A DNA stretch of 24,000 nt from Candidatus Saccharimonadales bacterium (GTDB taxonomy: Bacteria; Patescibacteriota; Saccharimonadia; Saccharimonadales; OMJO01), in assembly GCA_038216175.1 (NCBI GenBank), contig JBBQQG010000008.1, forward strand, positions 3,632 to 27,631, read 5' to 3'. The notes under the pieces were generated by a model that saw only the letters and a list, made by a program, of their open reading frames with translations, was not told the origin of the DNA and ran no database searches. A program made the translations under genes and the position numbers. Below, one piece after another: positions 8,332-16,288 of the stretch (its first letter is position 1; each line of letters opens with the position of its first letter).

Positions 8332-9111
8332 ATGAGCAAAACAGAGGATTATAAAACGCAGCTACAGCGTTTGTATCAGGGCAGTATTGTAGTTTATTTA
8401 GGACTAGCAATCTTAGCTGGCTTTTTAATGGGAGAAGCATCGTTTCAGTTGACGCTTACTTATCTGGCAAAGGACGATCTTTTGAGTAAAGCAAACACGG
8501 TTTTTGCTCCAGCATCACATGCTTTTTTCGATATTCAAATGAGATGGGTTTTGGTCGTAATATTGGTATTATCGGCAGTTGTTCCGGCACTTTATCAGTT
8601 CTATTTGAAGAAGCGATATGAACAGGGTATAAAAAATAAATCTCTTACTCTGCGTTGGATAGATATGGCGATTACCGCTGCATTAATGGTAGAAGTTATT
8701 GCTCTGTTATCGGGAATCCAAGATCTGATGATTCTTAAAATTATCGGCGGAGTTGTCGTGATTTCATGCTTACTTGGATGGTTAGCTGAAAAACAATATG
8801 CTGAGTTGAAAAAACCAGTTTGGACAACATATATTCTAAGCTTAATTTTAGGTGTATTACCCTGGTTATTAATTATTACTAGTGCTATTGCAACTCCTTT
8901 TTATTCTTCAGTTCGAGCTCCGTGGTATTTGTATGCTCTCTATGCAGTATCGTTGATTACGTTCATCGCAGTATATTTAAATCAGTACAGATTCTTTAAA
9001 AAGGTAGGTCAATGGAAAGACTATTTGTTTGTAGAACGAAATTATCTGCTTATTAGTTTGTTCTCGAAAATAACGTTCGCTCTTGTGCTTATTATTGGTT
9101 TAAGAAAATAA
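8332..9111 (+). CDS. Heliorhodopsin-family 7-TM retinal-binding protein (putative)
   Basis: 259 aa with about 7 hydrophobic helices. Several blocks match my recollection of heliorhodopsin 48C12. LTYL matches the TM1-2 loop. LRWIDMAITAALMVEVIALLSGIQDL matches FRWVEYSLSSSVMIVLIAQICGIADI. LLGWLAEKQY matches LFGWLQEKY. GVLPW matches GIVPW. GQWKDYLFVERNYLLISLFSKITFAL matches GKWSNYLRGERAYIVLSLVAKSALAW, and this last block contains the Schiff-base lysine (K246 here, codon 9067-9069). Confidence 0.78.
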   Translation: MSKTEDYKTQLQRLYQGSIVVYLGLAILAGFLMGEASFQLTLTYLAKDDLLSKANTVFAPASHAFFDIQMRWVLVVILVLSAVVPALYQFYLKKRYEQGIKNKSLTLRWIDMAITAALMVEVIALLSGIQDLMILKIIGGVVVISCLLGWLAEKQYAELKKPVWTTYILSLILGVLPWLLIITSAIATPFYSSVRAPWYLYALYAVSLITFIAVYLNQYRFFKKVGQWKDYLFVERNYLLISLFSKITFALVLIIGLRK

Positions 9112-9119
9112 ATATAACT

Positions 9120-10370
9120 ATGTCGGAACAGGTGAAGATTGAAAAGCTTGTTCAAGGTGGTCAAGGTTTGGCGACACTATCTGATGGACGAAAGATTTTT
9201 ATTTGGAATGTTTTACCAGGTGAGGTAGTAGAATTTAACATAATAAAAAATAAACGTCAGTATGCTGAAGCGATAGCAACTAATATAATAAATGAATCTA
9301 AATATAGAATTTTACCAAAAGATTATAATTTTTTAGCAACGTCACCTTGGCAAATCATTAACATTAATGAAGAAAACAAAATAAAAAAAATGATCACGCG
9401 CGAAATATTCCTGCGAGAGGTAATTGAACTAGAATCATTTGAAATTACATCCAACGACCGCGAATTTAATTATCGAAATAAAATGGAATACAGTTTTTGG
9501 GGAGACGAAGAAGGCATACATTTAGCTTTGCACTCTCGTGGTAGTCATCAAAAAGAAATTGTTGAAGGCAGTGCACTGGCTATGCCAGGGATTAATAAAG
9601 GAGCTATTTCATTATTACAGTCTTTAAATAAATTAGGTGTTAGAGCTGCTCAGTTAAAATCAGTGATAATTAGGTGTACTCAAGAAAATCAGACAGTCGC
9701 AGCCCTATTCGTCAAAGACAAAACATTTCCAAAAATGACGCTGCCGTCCGAGTTAGCTGGTTTACAAGTGTATTTTTCAGATCCAAAAAGCCCAGCTTCT
9801 ATAGTAAGCGGCGATATTCAGGAATTAGGCAGCCTCATTTTAAAAGATAGACTTCTTGACATGAATTTATCATACCGAGTTGACTCTTTTTTTCAGATCA
9901 ATGTTCCGGTTTTTGAACAAGTACTGAAATTGTTATCGAAAAAGTGCAAATACCAAAATGTCGTAGATATGTACAGCGGAGTTGGAGCTATCGGATTATC
10001 AATTGCCAGTAAAAGCGCTGATTTAATTGATGTTAATCCTATTAATGTGGAATTAGCAAAAAAGAATGCCTCGGAGAGTAAATTAAAAGTAAATGTTATT
10101 AAGTCTAGCGTAGAAACTGCACTTCAATATATAAATACCGAAAAAACAGTTATATTTGATCCACCTCGGGCAGGATTAAATACTAAAATCATTAATACAT
10201 TGATAAGTGTAAAACCTAAGGAGATAGTATATTTATCTTGTAATCCTGTTACTCAGGCAAGGGATGTAAAGTTTCTAAACAAACTGTACAAAATAAAATT
10301 ATTTGAAATTTTCAATTTTTTCCCACATACTCCGCATATCGAAAGTTTAGCTATACTTAGTCTTATATGA
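9120..10370 (+). CDS. RNA (uracil-C5)-methyltransferase, TrmA/RumA (RlmD-like) family with an N-terminal TRAM domain
   Basis: SAM-binding motif VVDMYSGVGAIGLSIA, motif IV IFDPPRAGL and catalytic-Cys motif VYLSCNPVTQARD. A TRAM-like N-terminus is present (KLVQGGQGLA...PGEVVEF). The four Fe-S-cluster cysteines of E. coli RumA are not evident. The gene starts 8 nt after the heliorhodopsin stop. Confidence 0.85.
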   Translation: MSEQVKIEKLVQGGQGLATLSDGRKIFIWNVLPGEVVEFNIIKNKRQYAEAIATNIINESKYRILPKDYNFLATSPWQIININEENKIKKMITREIFLREVIELESFEITSNDREFNYRNKMEYSFWGDEEGIHLALHSRGSHQKEIVEGSALAMPGINKGAISLLQSLNKLGVRAAQLKSVIIRCTQENQTVAALFVKDKTFPKMTLPSELAGLQVYFSDPKSPASIVSGDIQELGSLILKDRLLDMNLSYRVDSFFQINVPVFEQVLKLLSKKCKYQNVVDMYSGVGAIGLSIASKSADLIDVNPINVELAKKNASESKLKVNVIKSSVETALQYINTEKTVIFDPPRAGLNTKIINTLISVKPKEIVYLSCNPVTQARDVKFLNKLYKIKLFEIFNFFPHTPHIESLAILSLI

Positions 10371-11053
10371 AGCTACATCGATTTTTTATTGATCCGAAGG
10401 TGGAACTTAAACAAGATTTTTGGATTCATGACGAACGTTTAATCCACCAATGGCTCAAAGTACTTAGATATAGTGCTGGGCAGCAATTAATTCTATTCGA
10501 TGGTGCGAATCACGATAGGCTGTATAAAATTCAAGAAATTAAACTAGACGAAGCTCATCTAGTGCTAATAACCGAATTTGAACGAAAATTACCAGTGAAA
10601 AATATATATTTATTCTGGTCTCTACTCAAGAAAGATAAAAATGATTGGGTAATTCAAAAAACTACCGAATTAGGCGTAAGTCATTTCATTCCTTTGATTT
10701 GTGATCGTACTGAAAAAACCGGTTTTGATGAGCCAAGAGCGAAAAAAATTATCATAGAAGCTACTGAACAGTGTGGTCGAAGTGATATTCCTAGTATTCG
10801 TGAGCCGATAACGCTGCAAACTGCAATTTCAGAATTTAATGGGAAAATACCGCTTATTATGTGCCAGCAAGGCGATAATCAAACTGAAACTAATTTTGAA
10901 AATGTTGGCATATTAATTGGCCCAGAAGGCGGTTGGTCAGACGATGAGAGGAATATATTTGTAAATTCCAACATTCCTTCATTTAACATACATGATTTTA
11001 CACTTCGTGCCGAAACAGCCGCCATTGCAGCTGTTGCAAAGCTGATACAATAG
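10367..11053 (+). CDS. rsmE: 16S rRNA (uracil1498-N3)-methyltransferase RsmE
   Basis: N-terminal MKLHRFFI and a PUA-like domain. C-terminal SPOUT motifs are present (IGPEGGWSDDE; LRAETAAIAA). ATGA start/stop overlap with the preceding methyltransferase gene. Confidence 0.88.
   Translation: MKLHRFFIDPKVELKQDFWIHDERLIHQWLKVLRYSAGQQLILFDGANHDRLYKIQEIKLDEAHLVLITEFERKLPVKNIYLFWSLLKKDKNDWVIQKTTELGVSHFIPLICDRTEKTGFDEPRAKKIIIEATEQCGRSDIPSIREPITLQTAISEFNGKIPLIMCQQGDNQTETNFENVGILIGPEGGWSDDERNIFVNSNIPSFNIHDFTLRAETAAIAAVAKLIQ
11043..11051 (+). promoter_or_regulatory. Extended -10-like element TGaTACAAT, 9 nt upstream of the nuclease-gene ATG
   Basis: TG at 11043-11044 and TACAAT at 11046-11051, overlapping the rsmE stop codon. 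The ATG is at 11061 with no SD in between. Pattern only. Confidence 0.3.
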
Positions 11054-11060
11054 TTGCACG

Positions 11061-11840
11061 ATGAATTATTGGACTGAACGTAGTATACCTTATACACCAG
11101 GACAATCAGAAATCTTTAAACTATCGCGAAGTAAAATCGAGCTGTTTACTCAGTGCCCAAGGTGTTTCTGGTTGGACGCTAGGCTAAAAATCAAACGGCC
11201 AAGCGGTCCTCCTTTCCAGATTAATAAAGCAATAGACGAACTATTTAAAAAAGAATTTGATATGTACCGACTAAAAGCTAAACCTCACCCTTTAATGTTA
11301 GAAAATAAAATAAAAGCTATTCCTTTTAGTCATAATGATCTTGATAAATGGCGCCATAATTTTACAGGCATAACAACGCTTCACAAATCTACTAATTTAC
11401 ATATTTTTGGTGCAATCGATGATGTGTGGATCGATAATGACGGCGAATTGATAGTAGTCGACTACAAGGCTACTTCTAAAAATGGTGAAGTTAATCTTGA
11501 TGCCGATTGGCAGATAAGTTATAAAAGGCAACTTGAAGTATATCAATGGCTTTTGCGACAAAATGGATTTAAAGTTAACAACACTGGTTACTTCGTCTAT
11601 ACCAATGCCAGAACTGATTTGGACGGCTTTTACGACAAGGTTGAGTTCAGAACAAAAGTAATCCCATATCAGGGAGATGATAGCTGGGTAGAATCAACTT
11701 TGTCTAGAATGAAAGTGTGTCTTGAGGGTGATTTACCAGAAGTTGGAACGGCAGCAATGGGTGGTGAATGCGATTATTGTTTATATGCTAAAAAACGTAC
11801 GGAACTGACTATAAATTACTTCAGAAATATTAAAACTTAA
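11061..11840 (+). CDS. PD-(D/E)XK nuclease family protein, Cas4/RecB-like with terminal cysteine pairs
   Basis: RecB-type nuclease motifs are present: GAIDD (D120/D121), VVDYK (D134-x-K136) and QLEVY (Q157...Y161). Cysteines C32-x2-C35 sit near the N-terminus and C237-x2-C240 (plus C220) near the C-terminus. This is reminiscent of the Fe-S staple of Cas4/AddB nuclease domains. Confidence 0.75.
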   Translation: MNYWTERSIPYTPGQSEIFKLSRSKIELFTQCPRCFWLDARLKIKRPSGPPFQINKAIDELFKKEFDMYRLKAKPHPLMLENKIKAIPFSHNDLDKWRHNFTGITTLHKSTNLHIFGAIDDVWIDNDGELIVVDYKATSKNGEVNLDADWQISYKRQLEVYQWLLRQNGFKVNNTGYFVYTNARTDLDGFYDKVEFRTKVIPYQGDDSWVESTLSRMKVCLEGDLPEVGTAAMGGECDYCLYAKKRTELTINYFRNIKT

Positions 11841-11860
11841 AGCTAGGCTATAATAAAGGA

Positions 11861-13159
11861 ATGTTAGATATTCAGTTCATCCGCGATAATGCCGATCTCG
11901 TTCAAGAAAAATCAAAACAGAAAAATGAAGATGTCGATATATCTAAGTTGTTATCTCTAGATAACGACCGACGACTACTTATTGGACAAATTGAAAGTAT
12001 CCGAGTTGCCAGAAACGATTTATCGGATGGATTAAAGCAGACTAAACCGACTCAAACACAGATTGAAGAAGGCAAAAAACTGAAAATTCAGATATCTGAA
12101 TTAGAAAATAAACTTCTACCAATTGATGTTGAATATTTTAAGCTGTTAAAAACTGTGCCTAATATGCCTCTTGAAAGTGTGCCAATAGGGTCAAGTGAAG
12201 ATGACAATGTGATAGTTAAAGAAGTTGGTGAAAAAAATAACTTCGATTTTGAAGTCAAAAATCACGCTGAAATCGCTATACAAAAAGGCTGGCTCGATAA
12301 AGACCGCGCAGCTAAAGTTACCGGTGCCAGATTTGCCTATATTAAAGGTGATCTAGTTAAACTTCAGTTTGCATTAATTAATTTCGTCATCGATAAATTA
12401 ACCGACCAAGACTTTATAAATAAAGTGATCTCGGATAATAATTTAAATGTGAGTAACAAGCCATTTATACCTGTTTTACCGCCTTTAATGATTCGAACTG
12501 AGATTTATGATGCAATGGACAGGCTAGAGCCTAGAGACGATAGGTATAAGATCGATAATGAGGATTTGTGGCTTCAAGGAAGTGCAGAGCATGTGCTTGG
12601 AAGTATGCATGCTAATGAAATTTTGTCAGAAAACGAATTGCCCATAAGATATTTAGGCTATGCGACATCGTTTCGAAAAGAAGCAGGTACCTACGGCAAA
12701 GATATGGAAGGCTTATTTAGAATGCATCAATTCGACAAACTCGAAATGGAAAGTTTGAGCAAAGCTGAAACCGGTCTGGCGGAACATTATTTCTTAGTTG
12801 CTATCCAAGAAGAGTTGATGAAACTGCTTCAAATTCCTTATCAGTTGCTGGATAAATGCACAGCTGACATAGGTAAACCAAATGCCCGCGGAGTTGATAT
12901 TAACGCTTGGCTACCTGGTCAAAATAAATACCGTGAAACTCATACCGCAGACTATATGACTGATTATCAGTCAAGGAGACTTAAGACACGTATGCGAAAT
13001 ACGTCGGGTGAAACAGAATTAATCCACACTAATGACGCTACTGCTATCCCGCTTTCTCGAATTCCGATAGCAATAATAGAAAACTATCAAACTAAAGATG
13101 GGGATGTATTAATCCCAGAAGTTATACAACCTTATATGATGGGCAAAAATAAGATTTAA
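11861..13159 (+). CDS. serS: Seryl-tRNA synthetase
   Basis: MLDIQFIRDN N-terminus with a long coiled-coil arm. Class II core motifs are present (FRKEAGTYGKDMEGLFRMHQFDKLEM; TNDATAIPLSR). 432 aa. Confidence 0.93.
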   Translation: MLDIQFIRDNADLVQEKSKQKNEDVDISKLLSLDNDRRLLIGQIESIRVARNDLSDGLKQTKPTQTQIEEGKKLKIQISELENKLLPIDVEYFKLLKTVPNMPLESVPIGSSEDDNVIVKEVGEKNNFDFEVKNHAEIAIQKGWLDKDRAAKVTGARFAYIKGDLVKLQFALINFVIDKLTDQDFINKVISDNNLNVSNKPFIPVLPPLMIRTEIYDAMDRLEPRDDRYKIDNEDLWLQGSAEHVLGSMHANEILSENELPIRYLGYATSFRKEAGTYGKDMEGLFRMHQFDKLEMESLSKAETGLAEHYFLVAIQEELMKLLQIPYQLLDKCTADIGKPNARGVDINAWLPGQNKYRETHTADYMTDYQSRRLKTRMRNTSGETELIHTNDATAIPLSRIPIAIIENYQTKDGDVLIPEVIQPYMMGKNKI

Positions 13160-13172
13160 AAGGAGTAGTAAT

Positions 13173-13529
13173 ATGATAAAGAAATTAGAAATTAGCGGTA
13201 TTCATTCTACCGTAACTCCTGAACTTAGAAAATATGTAACAAAAAAGATTGGTAAGCTTGATCGATATCTGCCACGACATGCTAGAGACAGTGTGCATGT
13301 TGAAGTTTCATTAAAAGAGACAAAATCCAAAGAGAAAAAGCAGTGTACTTGCGAGGTAATTGTTTATTTACCCAAAGAAGCATTAACGGCCAAAGAAGCT
13401 ACTTTAAACATGTTTGCGGCTGTTGATATTGTCGAAGCTAAAATCAAGAATCAACTTAAGAAATATAAAGATCTTCATTCCAGCAATCGACTTCATAGAC
13501 GACTGTTAGCACGATTGAAACGCAGTTAA
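13173..13529 (+). CDS. hpf: Ribosome hibernation/translation-inhibition factor, short HPF/RaiA type
   Basis: N-terminus I.G....T.ELR.YV..K..KL.RY is typical of the sigma-54 modulation/RaiA family. 118 aa with a basic C-terminal tail and no long-HPF dimerisation domain. Strong SD AGGAG at 13161-13165. Confidence 0.85.
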   Translation: MIKKLEISGIHSTVTPELRKYVTKKIGKLDRYLPRHARDSVHVEVSLKETKSKEKKQCTCEVIVYLPKEALTAKEATLNMFAAVDIVEAKIKNQLKKYKDLHSSNRLHRRLLARLKRS

Positions 13530-13671
13530 GGGTATATTCTATTATTAAATATAGTATGAATCACTTTTTTGTGTCAAAAGTAGTAAAAAGTACGTCGGTA
13601 ATTATCCTCTGTTAAGGTACAATAGTTATCAGTCACTTATGTCTGTTATTGCAAATAGGGAGTAATTAGTT

Positions 13672-16275
13672 GTGAATAGAATTTTGAAAAGGGTACTTGG
13701 CGACCCTCAAGCTAAAACGGTTAAAAGAATGCGAAAACGCGTTAAGGATGTTAATGCATTGGCGGACAAGTATAAAAAGATGTCTGATAAAGAGTTAGCA
13801 GGACAAACTACAGTACTTCAGACTAGGTTAAAAAAAGAGAGTTTAGACAAATTGCTACCAGATGCATTTGCTGTAGTCAGAGAAGTCGCAACCAGAACAT
13901 TAGGGCAACGGCATTTCGACGTTCAACTGATCGGCGGTATGGTGCTTCATGAAGGAAATGTTAGTGAAATGAAGACTGGCGAAGGCAAAACCATAATGGC
14001 AACTTTGCCTGTTTATTTGAATGGTATAACTAAAAAAGGCGTCCATATCGTTACTGTAAATGAGTATTTGGCACAGAGAGATGCCGGTTGGATGGCACAA
14101 ATTTATGATTTTCTTGGACTGAGTGTCGGGGTTATTATCGCCGATGAGTCACTAGTTTATGATAAAGATTATGAAAATACTGATCACGATGACCCTAGAA
14201 TGCACCATTTGCGTCCTACCACTCGTCAGGAAGCATATAAGGCAGATATTACTTACGGGACCAACAATGAGTTTGGTTTCGACTATTTAAGAGATAACAT
14301 GGTTAGAGAGGTTGATCAGTTAAGGCAAAGAGAACTTCATTACGCGATAGTCGATGAAGTCGACTCAATTTTAATTGATGAAGCTCGGACGCCGTTAATT
14401 ATTTCGGCGCCGTCGGTTACTAGCGGCAGTGCTTATTCTCAATTTTCCAAAGTCGTTAGGCAGCTGAAAGAAGAGACTGATTATGAAAAAGACGAAAAAC
14501 GAAAAAGTGTAGTACTGACTGATGCCGGTATTGAACACGTTGAAAAAATCCTAGGGATTACGAATCTTTATTCTACAGATAATATAAGAACAATCTATCA
14601 TTTAGATCAATCACTTAAAGCTGAGGCTTTGTTCAAAAGGGATAAGGACTACGTAGTTACGACTGATGGTGAAGTTGTAATCGTTGATGAGTTCACTGGT
14701 AGATTGTTAAAAGGACGAAGATACAACGAAGGATTGCACCAGGCAATCGAAGCAAAAGAAGGTGTAGAAGTACAAGAAGAATCGATGACACTTGCTACGA
14801 TATCTTTTCAAAACTACTTCAGGTTATACGAAAAACTGGCAGGCATGACCGGAACTGCACAAACTGAAAGTGAAGAATTCCATCAGATATATAAACTAGA
14901 TGTAGTTGAAGTCCCAGCGAATAAAAAAATTGTTCGTCAAGATAGGGCTGACAGAATTTACAAAACAGAAATGGGTAAGTTTAAAGCGATAATCAAAGAA
15001 GTTAATACACTTCATACTAAAGGCCAACCTGTACTAATTGGATCGGCTTCGATAGAAAAGAACGAAGTTTTAGGCGAGTTATTACTAAAATCTGGTATCC
15101 CGCATCAGCTATTAAACGCAAAAAATAATGAAAGAGAAGCATCTACGATCGCCAAAGCCGGTGAAAAAGGAGCAGTTACACTGGCCACAAATATTGCCGG
15201 CCGAGGTACAGATATCGTTCTTGGCGAAGGTGTTAAAGATTTAGGTGGACTTTTCGTTCTAGGATCCGAGAGACATGAATCAAGAAGAATAGACAACCAG
15301 TTGCGAGGTCGTTCGGGTAGACAGGGTGATCCCGGAATAACTCAGTTTTTTGTAAGTACGGAAGACGATTTAATGAGGATTTTTGGAGGCGACCGTATTG
15401 GAGCAATCATGGAGCGTTTAGGTGTCGACGATGAAACCCCAATTGAAAATCGTGTAATAAGTAAAAGTTTGGAAGGTGCACAAAAAAAAGTAGAAGGTTA
15501 TAATTTTGATGCAAGAAAGAACGTTGTCCAGTATGACGACGTTATGAACAGGCACCGAAAAGCTACTTACGCAATGCGTCGGGAAATATTACTACAAGCA
15601 GATATTAAAAAAAGGATAAAATTATTTATAGAAGATGAAGTCAGAGCTCTCGCATCATCTCCGCAGCTACTGAGCGATAAATTTGAATCTGTTATTAAAG
15701 AAGTGCTTCCTTTTGACGATGAAGCTCTAGATCGATTATTTAGTTCTGATGCCAGCAAATTTTCGAAAGTGTTAAAAACTGAAGCTTTAGAACTTTATCA
15801 GTCTAGAGAAGTTGCATTTACAGAAGATGTCATGCGTAAAGTTGAAAGAGATATTTACTTACAGGTACTCGACAATCTCTGGATGGAGCATCTGGAAAAT
15901 ATGGATCACCTTCGAGAAGGTATACATTGGATAAGCGTTGGGCAAAGGGATCCCTTGGTAGAGTATCGACGTCAGGGACAACATCTATTTGAAACAATGC
16001 AGGCAACACTTAGGCATGATGTGGTTAAGTCGTTATTCAGTGCCCAGCCAGTAGACATGGACCACATGCATGATCCTATAGAAACTGAACTTACTAGAGC
16101 GGCACGGCAATCGGTCGATAATGCAGATCGTATCTTGCAAGCAGACGAGTTTGAAGAAACAGATTTTGTGGCTAAGAAAACCGGCCAAAAGATTAAAAAA
16201 CAAGTTAATAGTTCAAGAAAAAAAGCACATAAAATAGAAAGACAACGAAAAAAAGCTGGGAAACGACGAAAGTAG
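13672..16275 (+). CDS. secA: Preprotein translocase ATPase SecA
   Basis: The protein is canonical SecA throughout (MKTGEGKT Walker A; DEVDSILIDEARTPLIIS; TNIAGRGTDI; LRGRSGRQGDPG). GTG start with GGGAG SD at 13658-13662. 867 aa ending in a Lys/Arg-rich tail without zinc-finger cysteines. Confidence 0.95.
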   Translation: MNRILKRVLGDPQAKTVKRMRKRVKDVNALADKYKKMSDKELAGQTTVLQTRLKKESLDKLLPDAFAVVREVATRTLGQRHFDVQLIGGMVLHEGNVSEMKTGEGKTIMATLPVYLNGITKKGVHIVTVNEYLAQRDAGWMAQIYDFLGLSVGVIIADESLVYDKDYENTDHDDPRMHHLRPTTRQEAYKADITYGTNNEFGFDYLRDNMVREVDQLRQRELHYAIVDEVDSILIDEARTPLIISAPSVTSGSAYSQFSKVVRQLKEETDYEKDEKRKSVVLTDAGIEHVEKILGITNLYSTDNIRTIYHLDQSLKAEALFKRDKDYVVTTDGEVVIVDEFTGRLLKGRRYNEGLHQAIEAKEGVEVQEESMTLATISFQNYFRLYEKLAGMTGTAQTESEEFHQIYKLDVVEVPANKKIVRQDRADRIYKTEMGKFKAIIKEVNTLHTKGQPVLIGSASIEKNEVLGELLLKSGIPHQLLNAKNNEREASTIAKAGEKGAVTLATNIAGRGTDIVLGEGVKDLGGLFVLGSERHESRRIDNQLRGRSGRQGDPGITQFFVSTEDDLMRIFGGDRIGAIMERLGVDDETPIENRVISKSLEGAQKKVEGYNFDARKNVVQYDDVMNRHRKATYAMRREILLQADIKKRIKLFIEDEVRALASSPQLLSDKFESVIKEVLPFDDEALDRLFSSDASKFSKVLKTEALELYQSREVAFTEDVMRKVERDIYLQVLDNLWMEHLENMDHLREGIHWISVGQRDPLVEYRRQGQHLFETMQATLRHDVVKSLFSAQPVDMDHMHDPIETELTRAARQSVDNADRILQADEFEETDFVAKKTGQKIKKQVNSSRKKAHKIERQRKKAGKRRK

Positions 16276-16288
16276 TCAATATTTAAAT

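Noticed and set aside
9108-9119. Possible -10 element (ATAAAT/TATAAC) in the 8-nt gap between the heliorhodopsin gene and the RlmD-like gene.
   Set aside because: The candidate hexamers are either poor matches or only 1 nt from the ATG. Co-transcription with the heliorhodopsin gene is the simpler reading.
13556-13615. 19-codon upstream ORF (MNHFFVSKVVKSTSVIILC) in the 142-nt hpf-secA spacer. This recalls secM/mifM-type arrest peptides that regulate secretion genes.
   Set aside because: It has no SD or leaderless -10 in front and no recognisable arrest motif. The best candidate secA promoter (TACAAT 13618-13623) lies downstream of it, so it would only be transcribed by read-through. It cannot be supported from sequence alone.
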